Both the position numbers and the translations under genes were made by a program. A stretch of DNA of 64,000 nt, taken from positions 20,667-84,666 of the forward strand of contig BTUM01000027.1 of the NCBI GenBank assembly GCA_045863235.1, written 5' to 3'. Below, one piece after another: positions 10,676 to 20,219 of this stretch; position 1 is the stretch's first letter; every line of letters begins with the position of its first letter. Below the pieces are notes generated by a model, which was given only the letters and a program-made list of their open reading frames with translations, made no database searches and had not been told where the DNA came from. This stretch comes from Candidatus Xenobia bacterium (GTDB lineage: Bacteria; Vulcanimicrobiota; Xenobia; Xenobiales; QWHO01).

Positions 10676-11088
10676 GACAGCTCATCCTCATGCTTGTGCT
10701 CGCGAGCGTCGCACTGTCCAGCCCTCAGTCCAATGCAGTGGCCGGCTCCCTGAGCGCGTCCCAACCCCAGTCCATCGGCATCGAGGGGGCCTATTTCCGC
10801 GGCGACGCCCGTCTCGAAGCCGTGACGGACCTTCGGGACTCCCGCCAGTTCCGCCTCATCCTCAATCTGAAGAACGTCAGTAAAACCAAAGCTTATTGGG
10901 CCATCCACGTCTGCCTCCTCGACGCCAGCAACAACCTCGTGGGAGCCTGCAGCTACAACCAGGGAAGCGGCGAGAACCCCGGTAAAGCGATCGAGCACCA
11001 GGCCGACGTGTTCATGCCCGACGTCCAGGCGGTCAAGCGCTACCAGCTCGTCTTCTACGAGGACTCCAAACCGATTGGGGCTCGGTGA
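10672..11088 (+). CDS. Secreted paralog of the preceding protein
   Basis: ATGA overlap with previous stop; signal peptide; LKNVS...LLDASNNLVG...NPGK...YQLVFYE. Confidence 0.6.
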   Translation: MRQLILMLVLASVALSSPQSNAVAGSLSASQPQSIGIEGAYFRGDARLEAVTDLRDSRQFRLILNLKNVSKTKAYWAIHVCLLDASNNLVGACSYNQGSGENPGKAIEHQADVFMPDVQAVKRYQLVFYEDSKPIGAR

Positions 11089-11132
11089 TCATCGACCCGG
11101 CACGCGGTGATTCTCCTGGAGCTCCAGCGGAG

Positions 11133-12521
11133 TCAGGTCCCGGAACACGGTGTCCTGCCCCGAACCGACGAAGTCAGCCGGATTCGAAAGCTTGCTCCCC
11201 GGTCCGGCCCGGACTCCGCCGTCACCTGACCGCCATGCGCTTGCACCAGGCTCCGGACGATGGCCAGACCAAGCCCGGTGCCGCCGGTGTCCCGGCTGCG
11301 TGACGGATCTGGACGCGCAAAGCGCTCGAACAGTCCACTTGCCGGCAGCCCTGGTCCCTGGTCGCTGACAACCAGCTCCACCCCATCTTCCACCGCCGTG
11401 GCACGCAGGGCCACGGTACTGCCCTCGGGCGCATAGCGGAGCGCATTGTCAACCAGGTTGTCGAGCACCTGGCGAAGCCGATCGGCATCGCCCTGAACCG
11501 TCAGATCGCTATCGGCCTCCAGCTCGAGATTCACAGAGCGCTCGCGAGCCTTCGGCTCGAAGCTGCCTCGGCAGGCCTCGAGCAGCTCCCGCACACCCAC
11601 TGTCGCCAGGCACAAGCGCAGACCGCCCTGGTCGACCTGGCTCAGCGTCAGCAAGTCGCGCACCAACCTGGCCAGGCGACGCGCCTCCTCGAGCGACCTC
11701 TCGAGGCAGGAGCGATACTGCTCTGCGTCGCGCGGGCGGCGCAGAGTCACCTCCAGGTGTCCGATGAGGTTCGTCAGAGGGGTACGGAGCTCGTGGGAGG
11801 CGTCGGAGAGAAACTGTTGCTGCAAGCGGAACGCCTCCTCGAGCTGGGCCAGCATGGCATTGAGCGCCTCACGCAGCACGGTCACCTCGCGATCTTCTCC
11901 GGGCTCGGGCTCCAGGCGCCTGGCGAGTTGGTCCGGACCGATCCTCTGGGCAGCCAGCGCCACCCCTTCGAGGGGATGTGTGATGCGGCATGCGAGCCAC
12001 CAGCTGAATCCTGCCGCCAGGGCACTGCCGCAGAGCAGGACGGCGACCAGCACCGTCACGAGTCGACTCAGGGCGTGTCGCACCGGAGCGAGCGGCAGCG
12101 CCACCACCGCCACCGCCCGCTGCTGCTCGAGCGGGAAGAACAGCGCTCGGACAGGTTGCCCCTGCCACTCGAGGTCGGCCAGCATCGGCCGGGTGGTCGA
12201 CTCGAGGTCGGCGTGACGCGGCAGGGGCTGTGTGAGGTTGTCGCTCAGGGCCAGCACCTCCCCACCCGGACGTACAATTTGGGCATAGCGCTGGTATCCG
12301 CCGCGAAGGCCGACGGTGTCGTGCAGGTGGATGCGCGGTCCGTCCACGGCCGAAGCGACTTCCGTGCTGGTCACCGCCATCAGGGCCGCGTCCAACTGAG
12401 AACTCATGGTGCGACGCGCACCCAGGTAGACCGCCAGGCCACTCAGGGACAGCAGCATCAAACAGAGCAGTGTGACGCTCGCAGCCAGTCGGTGGCGCAG
12501 GCTCAAGGTGCCACCAGACAA
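11133..12521 (-). CDS. Sensor histidine kinase (HAMP, HisKA, HATPase; CusS/QseC-like)
   Basis: Two TM segments, ASHELRTPL H-box, NLVDNA N-box, DQGPG, GTGLGL. Confidence 0.93.
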   Translation of the reverse strand: MSGGTLSLRHRLAASVTLLCLMLLSLSGLAVYLGARRTMSSQLDAALMAVTSTEVASAVDGPRIHLHDTVGLRGGYQRYAQIVRPGGEVLALSDNLTQPLPRHADLESTTRPMLADLEWQGQPVRALFFPLEQQRAVAVVALPLAPVRHALSRLVTVLVAVLLCGSALAAGFSWWLACRITHPLEGVALAAQRIGPDQLARRLEPEPGEDREVTVLREALNAMLAQLEEAFRLQQQFLSDASHELRTPLTNLIGHLEVTLRRPRDAEQYRSCLERSLEEARRLARLVRDLLTLSQVDQGGLRLCLATVGVRELLEACRGSFEPKARERSVNLELEADSDLTVQGDADRLRQVLDNLVDNALRYAPEGSTVALRATAVEDGVELVVSDQGPGLPASGLFERFARPDPSRSRDTGGTGLGLAIVRSLVQAHGGQVTAESGPDRGASFRIRLTSSVRGRTPCSGT

Positions 12522-13168
12522 TAGCCGGAGCCGCGCACCGTCTTAACCAGGTCTCGATGGGCGCCAAGCTTGCTTCGAAGGTATCCGACGTAGACGTCGA
12601 CGACGTTCGAGTTCGGCTCGAGGCCGCTCTCCCACACGTTCTCCCAGAGCTCCGTGCGCGAAACGATTCTTCCGGCGCGGCGGCAGAGAAGCTCCAGGAT
12701 CAGGTATTCTCGCGCGGTCAGCGACAGCGGGCGGCCGTCCAGGAGGACCTGGCGAGAGGCGGGATCGAGCCGGAGCGGGCCCACCTCGAGCGTTTCCCGG
12801 GGGGCTACCGCGGGCCGGCGCAGGTGGGCCCGCAGGCGCGCCACCAGTTCCTCGAAGGCGAAGGGCTTCACGACGTAGTCGTCGGCCCCGAGGTCGAGGC
12901 CGCGCACCCGATCGCTGACGCGATCGCGGGCGGTGAGGAAGACGATCGGCGCCTCCACCCCCTGGCCGCGCCACTGGCGGCACAGCTCGAATCCGTCTCC
13001 GCCAGGAAGCATGGCATCGAGCACGATCGCATCGTAGCGATTCACCGCCAGGGCCTCATCCGCGGCCGGGGCGGTCGACGCCGTATCCACTACGAAACCT
13101 TCCTCTTCCAGGCCCTGCTTCAGAAACGCGAGCGTCTCGAGCTCATCGTCGACAACCAGGAGCTTCAC
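12503..13168 (-). CDS. OmpR-family response regulator
   Basis: LLVVDDE, LDAMLP, GADDYVVKPF, C-terminal TVRGSGY. Confidence 0.95.
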   Translation of the reverse strand: MKLLVVDDELETLAFLKQGLEEEGFVVDTASTAPAADEALAVNRYDAIVLDAMLPGGDGFELCRQWRGQGVEAPIVFLTARDRVSDRVRGLDLGADDYVVKPFAFEELVARLRAHLRRPAVAPRETLEVGPLRLDPASRQVLLDGRPLSLTAREYLILELLCRRAGRIVSRTELWENVWESGLEPNSNVVDVYVGYLRSKLGAHRDLVKTVRGSGYCLVAP

Positions 13169-13172
13169 GACC

Positions 13173-13189
13173 TTCTCATCTTATTCTCA
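13173..13189. promoter_or_regulatory. Direct repeat TTCTCA-N5-TTCTCA, candidate binding site of the adjacent response regulator
   Basis: 11-bp-spaced repeat in the short divergent intergenic region next to the regulator start. Confidence 0.45.
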
Positions 13190-13252
13190 CACTGAAAACG
13201 ATAGACTTGAGAAGACCTGGTGTCCATGACCAGGATCATTTGGAGGTAGCCC

Positions 13253-13753
13253 ATGAATCCGACTCATCTGCATCTGATGCTCAACCACGTTCCGATCCTG
13301 GTCGTTCCCCTGGCCGTGGGGCTTCTCGCGGCGGGAATCCTGGTCAGCTCTCGGGACCTCAAGAAGGCTGCCCTGGTGTTGTTCGTCCTGGCGGGCCTGG
13401 TCATCTGGCCCGTCTACCTCACTGGCGAGCCCGCCGAAGAGACCGTCGAGAACCTTCCTGGCGTCTCCGAGAGCCTGACCGAGCAACATGAAGATGCCGC
13501 CAAACTCGCGCTCATCTTCGTAGAGATCCTTGCTGTCGGAGCCCTTGGAGGGCTCATCCTGTCACGCATGAACGACGTCAACAAAGTGATTGCCGCGCCG
13601 CTACTCGGCCTGGGGCTGGTAGCGACCCTGTCGATGGGCTGGGTCGGCTACCTGGGCGGGCAGATCCGGCACACCGAAGTGCGCTCCAACGCAGCGACCG
13701 TAACGGCTCCTGAATCCGGCGCCCCTGAGGGCAGGGGCGACGACGACGACTGA
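13253..13753 (+). CDS. Membrane protein (DUF2231-like)
   Basis: SD GGAGG; HLMLNHVP start, 4 TM helices, TGEPAEE...HEDAA, GGQIRH. Confidence 0.75.
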   Translation: MNPTHLHLMLNHVPILVVPLAVGLLAAGILVSSRDLKKAALVLFVLAGLVIWPVYLTGEPAEETVENLPGVSESLTEQHEDAAKLALIFVEILAVGALGGLILSRMNDVNKVIAAPLLGLGLVATLSMGWVGYLGGQIRHTEVRSNAATVTAPESGAPEGRGDDDD

Positions 13754-14171
13754 CCCGTTGGGCAGTTCGCAGGCCAACTCCCGCGCAGTCCTTGCGCTCG
13801 AAGCCTGCGCAGGGACCGTCGCCGCCGGCGGCGCCATCCTGGAAGTTGAAGCGGATGCGGAACTGAGAGAGAGAGCCGTCAGGCGTGGGCAAGAGGCCGA
13901 TGACGTTGCCGTTGTCCTCCACCACGGTGAAGTCGGGCAGAGAAACCGTCACCCGATTGTCGTCGCCCTTCCACCCCTGCCGCTCGAGCAGCTTGCTCCG
14001 GGCGTAGGCCAGGCCGGCGTCAGCCGCGTGTTGCGCCGCCTCGTCCTCGCGAGTGCTCTCGGAGAGAGCCAGCGCCGCCGGGCCCAATACGAAAGCCGCC
14101 CGAGCCAGCATCCCCAGCACGAGCACGAGCAACATCACTGTCACCAGGACGACGCCACCTTTTCCTTGCAT
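13578..14171 (-). pseudogene. Probably truncated PilX-like minor pilin gene
   Basis: SD AAGGAGG; KGGVVLVTVMLL hydrophobic N-terminus and AQHAADAGLAYA (PilX-N-like); sequence degenerates after ~120 aa and runs into the convergent gene. Confidence 0.5.
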
Positions 14172-14338
14172 GCGTTACCCTCCTTCTCCAAGGGCAACAC
14201 AGGAAAGGCGGCAGAGGCCACCGCGACTTCGGTGGCGGCGTGAACGATCCACTGGACCGCTGACCTGGACTCGCTCGTCGGCCAAACCAACCCGTCAGAC
14301 CGGCTCAAGATCGTCGGTCCAACCGGCTCGGTCAAAGT

Positions 14339-14384
14339 TGTTAACATGTCGGAAGTTTACATTTTTGTCATCATGCCGCAGAAT
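14339..14384 (+). promoter_or_regulatory. Single TGTTAACA box plus sigma70-like promoter TTTACA-N17-CAGAAT
   Basis: TGTTAACA 14339-14346; -35 14356-14361; -10 14379-14384. Confidence 0.5.
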
Positions 14385-14417
14385 AGAGGCCTAGAGCCAG
14401 TTCATGGAGGTGTCCAG

Positions 14418-14795
14418 GTGGCCCACCCGCACAAACGCTCCGACGGAATCGAAGCCATCGGCAACAACCACGCAGCCAGCGCCAACGCCGCCAACAACAT
14501 CCAGATCCCGCAGCGGCAGGTTACAGTTCAGGCCCCGGCCACCACGGCCCGGCCGACCGAAGTCGAGCCCTCCGTGGCTCCTCCAGGCCATCGCCGGGCG
14601 GACTGGTTGCAGCTCTCGCCCATGGCCTCACAGAAAGCCATCGAGAATGCTGTCACGAAGCCAACCCGGCGCAGCGAGCTGATGGAGGCGGCCGCCCAGT
14701 CGCCCCACGGCCATGAGCTGGCAGCCATCGCCTGCGGCGAAGTGGTCCCCGAAGCCAGCGGCGGCAGCGCCAGCGGCGATCGCGACGACCGCTAA
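14418..14795 (+). CDS. Small disordered hypothetical protein
   Basis: SD GGAGG then GTG 14418; promoter upstream; DWLQLSPMA motif. Confidence 0.55.
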   Translation: MAHPHKRSDGIEAIGNNHAASANAANNIQIPQRQVTVQAPATTARPTEVEPSVAPPGHRRADWLQLSPMASQKAIENAVTKPTRRSELMEAAAQSPHGHELAAIACGEVVPEASGGSASGDRDDR

Positions 14796-14798
14796 GTC

Positions 14799-15326
14799 TT
14801 ATCGAGTAAAGGTCTGAAGCGAGCCCGGCGCCCTGAAGTCCAGGGAGGCCGGGTTCAGCACGATCAACAGGTCGGGCAGCGTGCCCTCGTTGCGGTGGCC
14901 CCGCTCGTCCACCGCGCCCGGCTCGTCGTTCCAGGCCAGGATGTGAATCTGGGCAACGTACTCGCCGGCCGCCAGCTCCATGTACCCAACTTTGTCGCTG
15001 GCCACCGCCTCGAGGTGGCGGTAATCGCCGAAACAGAGCCCGCCGGAAGAGCGGAAGAGATACTTGCGCGAACTCACAGCCAGCAGGCCCCGCTCGCGTT
15101 CGGTCAGGTCGGCCGGCTCGGCCGCGCTGCCCAGACGCACCTCGTATTCGAAGACCCCTGGCGTGTTCAGGCGCACGGGCACGAAGTAGCCACCAACCGT
15201 GTGACGCACGACCTCTGAATCGTCCCCGAGCGTGTCGTACCAGCTCTCCTCGTCGTAGACCATAGGAAAATGGGTGCTGTCCCACAGCCCGCACATCCCG
15301 GAGGTCACCACGCACATTCCCCTCAT
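14799..15326 (-). CDS. Hypothetical protein
   Basis: ATG 15326 with purine-rich SD; globular acidic composition. Confidence 0.6.
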   Translation of the reverse strand: MRGMCVVTSGMCGLWDSTHFPMVYDEESWYDTLGDDSEVVRHTVGGYFVPVRLNTPGVFEYEVRLGSAAEPADLTERERGLLAVSSRKYLFRSSGGLCFGDYRHLEAVASDKVGYMELAAGEYVAQIHILAWNDEPGAVDERGHRNEGTLPDLLIVLNPASLDFRAPGSLQTFTR

Positions 15327-15477
15327 GGGGTGCCCTCTTTGACCGCCCCGGCCCGGCACCTTCAGGGCTCGGCTGGCACTGCGCCCGAACGCGTGGAGGT
15401 CGCATACCAGAGTCCTGCGAGCACCGTCGGCCCCTGGGAACTTCTCAAGGCTGACACCCAGGCTCTCTGGCCGATAA

Positions 15478-15492
15478 TTGAATCTGATTCAA
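15478..15492. promoter_or_regulatory. Perfect inverted repeat TTGAATC-T-GATTCAA, candidate operator of the pot operon
   Basis: Palindrome in an AT-rich divergent intergenic region; imperfect second copy at ~15499-15512. Confidence 0.5.
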
Positions 15493-15615
15493 GTCCAAAA
15501 GAATCTGTTCAAACCCCCACTTTTCGGCTAAGATGAAGGCTGCAGTTTTCGCTCTCCGGGCCGCGTCGTGGCGAGTTCCCGGGGCAGGCTGACGAACGAC
15601 CGGAGGGCCCGTTTA

Positions 15616-16707
15616 TTGGAAGAGCTCGTCGTCGAGCTGGTGGGCGTCACCAAGCGCTTCGACCGTGTAACCGCAGTGGACAACGTGACCCTGCAGATTC
15701 GCCGTGGCGAATTTTTCTCTTTACTGGGGCCTTCGGGCTGCGGGAAGACCACCAGCCTGCGCCTGGTGGCAGGCTTTGAAGAGCCCGACCAGGGCGAGAT
15801 CCGTCTTGACGGCAAGCCGGTGCAGTCGCTGCCTCCCTACCGTCGGCGGGTCAACACCGTGTTCCAGAACTACGCCCTGTTCCCGCACCTGAACGTGTTC
15901 GACAATGTGGCCTTCGGCCTGCGCCGCAGCGGGGTCGCCGAGCCGGAGATCAAGACCCGGGTGGGTCAGGCCCTCGAGCTGGTGCGCCTGCCCGACCATC
16001 TCACCCGGCGCACCACCGAGCTCTCCGGCGGCCAGCAACAGCGGGTGGCTCTGGCCCGGGCCCTGGTCAACGAGCCCCAGGTGCTGCTGCTGGACGAGCC
16101 CATGTCGGCCCTGGATCCCAAGCTGCGTCGCGACATGCGCACCGAGCTCAAGCGCCTGCAGAAAGACCTGGGCATCACGTTCGTACTGGTCACCCACGAC
16201 CAGGAGGAGGCCCTCAGCACCTCCGACCGGGTGGCCGTCATGAACGCGGGCAGGGTGGAGCAGGTGGATGCGCCCCGGGCCATCTACGAGCGCCCCTCTA
16301 CCCGCTTTGTGGCCGACTTCATCGGCACCGCCAACTTCCTGCCCGCCACCGTCCGCGCCGTCAGCAACGGTCGCTCCACGGTGGTGCTGGCCGACGGCGT
16401 CACCCTGGTGGCCCCATCGGCCGAGAAAGCGCCCGTGGGCGCGGCCGTTGAGCTGTCGGTGCGTCCCGAGCGACTCTGGCTCACCCGCGAGCCCGGCACC
16501 AACGGCTCCAATTGCCTGCCCGCCCGGGTCACCGAGTGCACCTACATGGGCCCGGTCACCCGCTACACCGTCGAGGTGGCCGAGGGCGTGCGACTGACCA
16601 CCGAGCAACAGAACCAGGAGCTGGTGGACGGCTATCAGGCTGGCGAGTCGGTTTTTCTGCAGTGGCAGCCCACCAGCGGCACCCTGCTGCCCGTCGAGGC
16701 TCGTTGA
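15616..16707 (+). CDS. potA: Spermidine/putrescine ABC transporter ATP-binding subunit
   Basis: GPSGCGKT, VNTVFQNYALFPH, LSGGQQQR, C-terminal TOBE; TTG 15616 after GGAGGG. Confidence 0.9.
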   Translation: MEELVVELVGVTKRFDRVTAVDNVTLQIRRGEFFSLLGPSGCGKTTSLRLVAGFEEPDQGEIRLDGKPVQSLPPYRRRVNTVFQNYALFPHLNVFDNVAFGLRRSGVAEPEIKTRVGQALELVRLPDHLTRRTTELSGGQQQRVALARALVNEPQVLLLDEPMSALDPKLRRDMRTELKRLQKDLGITFVLVTHDQEEALSTSDRVAVMNAGRVEQVDAPRAIYERPSTRFVADFIGTANFLPATVRAVSNGRSTVVLADGVTLVAPSAEKAPVGAAVELSVRPERLWLTREPGTNGSNCLPARVTECTYMGPVTRYTVEVAEGVRLTTEQQNQELVDGYQAGESVFLQWQPTSGTLLPVEAR

Positions 16708-16748
16708 CGAGGGCTCGCGCCCCTCTTGCCGTTCTCGACCTGTCCCGA

Positions 16749-17774
16749 ATGTCGCGGCGCTCGTTCCTGGGTTGCCTGGCGGCCGGGGCCCTGCTCAGCT
16801 CTTGCTCGAGCTCGCACAAGACGCTGAACTTCTACAACTGGGCCAACTACATCGGTGAGACCACCGTTCCCGACTTTCAGAAAGCTACCGGCATCCGGGT
16901 CAACCAGGATACGTTCAGCTCGCAGGACGTGCTCTTTGCCAAGCTCAAGATCGGCCTGGAAGGCTACGATCTGGTGGTGGCCACCGATTACATGGTGCGC
17001 CGCCTGATCAAGCACCAACTGCTGGCCCCTATGCGAGGCGTACAGGGCCTCGAGGGCCTGCTGCCGCGCTTTCAGCACAAGCCCTGGGACCCGGAGCACC
17101 GCTTCAGCGTGCCCTACCTCTGGGGAACCACCGGGGTCGCCTTCAACAGCAACTACGCCCGCCCCGTCCCCGACTCGCTCAACGTTCTTTGGGAGCCGCG
17201 CTACAAGAACCGCATCGGCATGCTCAACGAAAAGCGCGACACTATCGGGGCCGCCCTGCTCAAGCTGGGGCTGGACGGCAACTCGGTGCGCCCCGAAGAC
17301 CTCGAGCGCGCCCAGGCCGCCCTGCTCGCGCAAAAGCCGCTGGTGCGCAAGTACAGCACCGACATGATCGACGACCTGGTGCGCCAGGAGTTCCACGTAG
17401 CCCTGGGCTACTCGGGCGACGTGGGCCAGGCCCACGACTCGCTGCCGGAGGTGGGCTACGTCATCCCGCGGGAAGGTGGCTATCTCTGGGCCGACAACCT
17501 GTGCATCCCCCACGACGCGCCCCACTATGAAGCCGCCATCGCCTTCGTCAACTTCGTGCTCGAGCCCGAGGTGGCCGCTGCCATCACCAACACCGTGGGC
17601 TACCCCAATGCCGTGGCCCGGGCGCGCGAGCTGGTCGATCCCAAGCTGCTGGACAATCCCCTCGGTTACGCCCCCGAGCAGATGCTCGAGCAAACCATCT
17701 TCCAGGAAGACCTGGGCCCGGGCGAGCGCCTGTGGGACCGGGTCTGGGAGAAAGTGAAGCTGCACAGCGCATGA
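16749..17774 (+). CDS. potD: Polyamine ABC substrate-binding lipoprotein (Tat signal)
   Basis: SRRSFL twin-arginine signal plus LSSC lipobox; YNWANYI, PYLWGTTG, WADNLCIP. Confidence 0.88.
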   Translation: MSRRSFLGCLAAGALLSSCSSSHKTLNFYNWANYIGETTVPDFQKATGIRVNQDTFSSQDVLFAKLKIGLEGYDLVVATDYMVRRLIKHQLLAPMRGVQGLEGLLPRFQHKPWDPEHRFSVPYLWGTTGVAFNSNYARPVPDSLNVLWEPRYKNRIGMLNEKRDTIGAALLKLGLDGNSVRPEDLERAQAALLAQKPLVRKYSTDMIDDLVRQEFHVALGYSGDVGQAHDSLPEVGYVIPREGGYLWADNLCIPHDAPHYEAAIAFVNFVLEPEVAAAITNTVGYPNAVARARELVDPKLLDNPLGYAPEQMLEQTIFQEDLGPGERLWDRVWEKVKLHSA

Positions 17775-18610
17775 AGCAGCGCACGGCCTGGCTCCTGGTG
17801 CTTCCGATGGTGGGTTGGCTGGTGTTCTTCTATCTCTTGCCGCTGGGGGCGGTGGCCCTGCAGAGCTTCCACCTGGTCACTCCCGACTACGAGATCGGCC
17901 AGGAATGGACGCTGGAGAACTACCGCCGGGCGCTGAACCCGGACTATTACCCGGTGGTGCTCCGGTCGGCCGGCTATGCCGCCGCCACCACGCTGGCCTG
18001 CCTGGTGCTGGGCTACCCTCTGGCCTACTTCATCGCCCTCCACGGCGGAAGACACAAGAGCCTGTTCCTGCTGCTCTTGATGCTGCCGTTCTGGACCTCG
18101 TACCTGGTGCGCACTTACTGCTGGATGACCTTGCTGCAGACCGAGGGCCTGCTCAACACGGTGCTCTTTGAGCCCTGGCTGGGTCGCCCGCTGGACATGC
18201 TGGCCACCGACGGCTCGGTTATCCTGGGCCTGACCTACGGCTTTTTGCCCTTTGCGACTCTGCCCATCTACGTGGCCCTGGAGCGCATCGACCGCAGCCT
18301 GCTGGAGGCCTCGGCCGACCTGGGCGGCTCCCCTACCTCCACCTTGCTCAAGGTCGTTGTGCCGCTGTCGCGCCCGGGCGTCATCGCGGCCACCCTGCTC
18401 ACCTTCGTGCCAGCCATGGGCGACTTCGTGACCCCCGAGCTCTTAGGCGGTCCGAGCACCATCACCATCGGCCAGGCCATCCAGGAGCAGTATTTGCAGC
18501 TCTTCGACTGGCCTTTCGGGGCCGCCCTGGCGCTGCTCTTGATGGTGCTGATGCTCATCGGCATCGCCCTCTATGTGCGATTGTCCGGCTCGGAGCGGGT
18601 GCTGGCGTGA
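17771..18610 (+). CDS. potB: Polyamine ABC permease
   Basis: LPFWTSYLVR, EASADLG motif, ATGA coupling. Confidence 0.9.
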   Translation: MKQRTAWLLVLPMVGWLVFFYLLPLGAVALQSFHLVTPDYEIGQEWTLENYRRALNPDYYPVVLRSAGYAAATTLACLVLGYPLAYFIALHGGRHKSLFLLLLMLPFWTSYLVRTYCWMTLLQTEGLLNTVLFEPWLGRPLDMLATDGSVILGLTYGFLPFATLPIYVALERIDRSLLEASADLGGSPTSTLLKVVVPLSRPGVIAATLLTFVPAMGDFVTPELLGGPSTITIGQAIQEQYLQLFDWPFGAALALLLMVLMLIGIALYVRLSGSERVLA

Positions 18611-19392
18611 AGCGCTCCCCCTTTCTGCTGGCCTATACCGTGCTGGTGTATCTCTTTTTGTATGCCCCGGTGCTGGTCATGGCCCTCTACAGCTTCAATC
18701 AGGACCCGCGCAACGCCGTCTGGAAGGGCTTCACCCTGGAGTGGTACGCCAGACTGCTGCAAGACAGCGAGATCCAGCGGGCCCTGCTCAACAGCCTCCA
18801 GGTCGGCCTCATCGCCACCCTGGCGGCCACCGTGCTGGGCACGATGGCCGCCCTGGCCCTGACCCGCTACCGATTCCGGATGCAGGGAGCGTTGAGCGGT
18901 CTGGTTTTCCTGCCCATGGTGGTGCCCGAGGTGGTCATGGGCACCTCGCTGCTGGCTTTCCTGGCCGCTATCGGTTGGAAGCTCTCGCTCTCCACCATCA
19001 TCGTGGCCCACATCGCCTTCTGCGTCTCCTACGTGACCATCACCGTGCGGGCCCGCCTGGCCGGGATGGACTTTCGCCTGGAGGAGGCGGCCGCCGACCT
19101 GGGCGCCGGGCCCTGGGACACCTTCCGCCTGGTCACGCTGCCCCGCATCCTGCCCGGCGTCATCTCGGGCGCTCTGCTCTGCCTGACCATCAGCATCGAC
19201 GACTTCGTGGTCACCTTCTTCACCCAGGGGATCGGCTCGGGAACTCTGCCGATCCGCATCTACAGCATGGTCAAAACTGGTATCACACCGGAGATCAACG
19301 CGGTCTCGACGCTGATGCTGCTGACCACGTTCAGCCTCATGCTGCTCTATGGACGCCTCGGCTCAGGGCAGGAACCGTCCCGGGCTCGCTGA
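18607..19392 (+). CDS. potC: Polyamine ABC permease
   Basis: FLYAP, EEAAADLGA, SIDDFVVTFF, TPEINA. Confidence 0.9.
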   Translation: MKRSPFLLAYTVLVYLFLYAPVLVMALYSFNQDPRNAVWKGFTLEWYARLLQDSEIQRALLNSLQVGLIATLAATVLGTMAALALTRYRFRMQGALSGLVFLPMVVPEVVMGTSLLAFLAAIGWKLSLSTIIVAHIAFCVSYVTITVRARLAGMDFRLEEAAADLGAGPWDTFRLVTLPRILPGVISGALLCLTISIDDFVVTFFTQGIGSGTLPIRIYSMVKTGITPEINAVSTLMLLTTFSLMLLYGRLGSGQEPSRAR

Positions 19393-19496
19393 ACCTACCG
19401 GTCCGGCTGCCGGCAGGCGGCCCGGACCTCCGGCACAATAAATTCGCGCGGCCCCAAGCCGTGCCGGGGATGCTGGCCGCGCTCAGCGAGGCGCCC

Positions 19497-20219
19497 ATGT
19501 TCAAAAACCAGATTCAGGGACTGCAATCGGCCGGTGGGGTCACTCTGGAAGAGCGCCGGCGGATGATCCGGGTGCGCTGCTACTGCCACGTCGAGGTGCA
19601 GCAGGGCGAGGAGAAGCTCAAGGGCGTGGTGACCGACCTGGGCGTGGACGGCCTGCGGCTCAAGTGCCCCAGCAAGCTGGCCGAAGGCTCCCAGGTGAGC
19701 ATTCATTACAACGGCGCGGCCGATGCAGGCGGAGTGCGCTGCCAGGTGATCTGGAGCCAGCCTCACGCTCGCTACGTCGAGAGCGTCAGCGGGCTTCGCT
19801 ATGACGACTCGAGCGACAATCTGCGCGCCTCCTGGGTCAGGCTGGTGCTGCAAGAGCTGGGCTTTGACGAGAGCCGGGTCTACCAGAAACGCAAGTTCAT
19901 CCGGGCCAACGCCTCCATCCCGGCCCGCCTGGAAGCGCCCGACAAGAGCCAGCTCAACTGTCGCGTGGTCAACCTGGGCGTGGGGGGCGCCCTGGTGGAG
20001 CTGAACGAGGAGTTCCCCCGCGATACCCGGCTGCAACTGGACATGAGCCTGTGGCGCATCCTGCCCACCCTGAGCCTGCCGGGGCTGGTGGTGGATTCGC
20101 GCCGCGACGCCGAGACCGGCATGGTGCTCTCGGGTCTGCGCTTTGGCGAGCTCAACCCCCAGCAGGTCGAGTTGCTGGGCAAGTACGTGGTCTACCTGCT
20201 CAACCAGACGGCCAGTTGA
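19497..20219 (+). CDS. Tandem PilZ-domain protein
   Basis: RRMIR...DLGVDG and RKFIR...NLGVGG (RxxxR and D/NxxxxG motifs, twice). Confidence 0.78.
   Translation: MFKNQIQGLQSAGGVTLEERRRMIRVRCYCHVEVQQGEEKLKGVVTDLGVDGLRLKCPSKLAEGSQVSIHYNGAADAGGVRCQVIWSQPHARYVESVSGLRYDDSSDNLRASWVRLVLQELGFDESRVYQKRKFIRANASIPARLEAPDKSQLNCRVVNLGVGGALVELNEEFPRDTRLQLDMSLWRILPTLSLPGLVVDSRRDAETGMVLSGLRFGELNPQQVELLGKYVVYLLNQTAS

Noticed and set aside
12503..13168. Local OmpR regulator as the binder of the TGTTAACA box
   Set aside because: Its own divergent promoter carries a different repeat (TTCTCA-N5-TTCTCA); not excluded, but unsupported.
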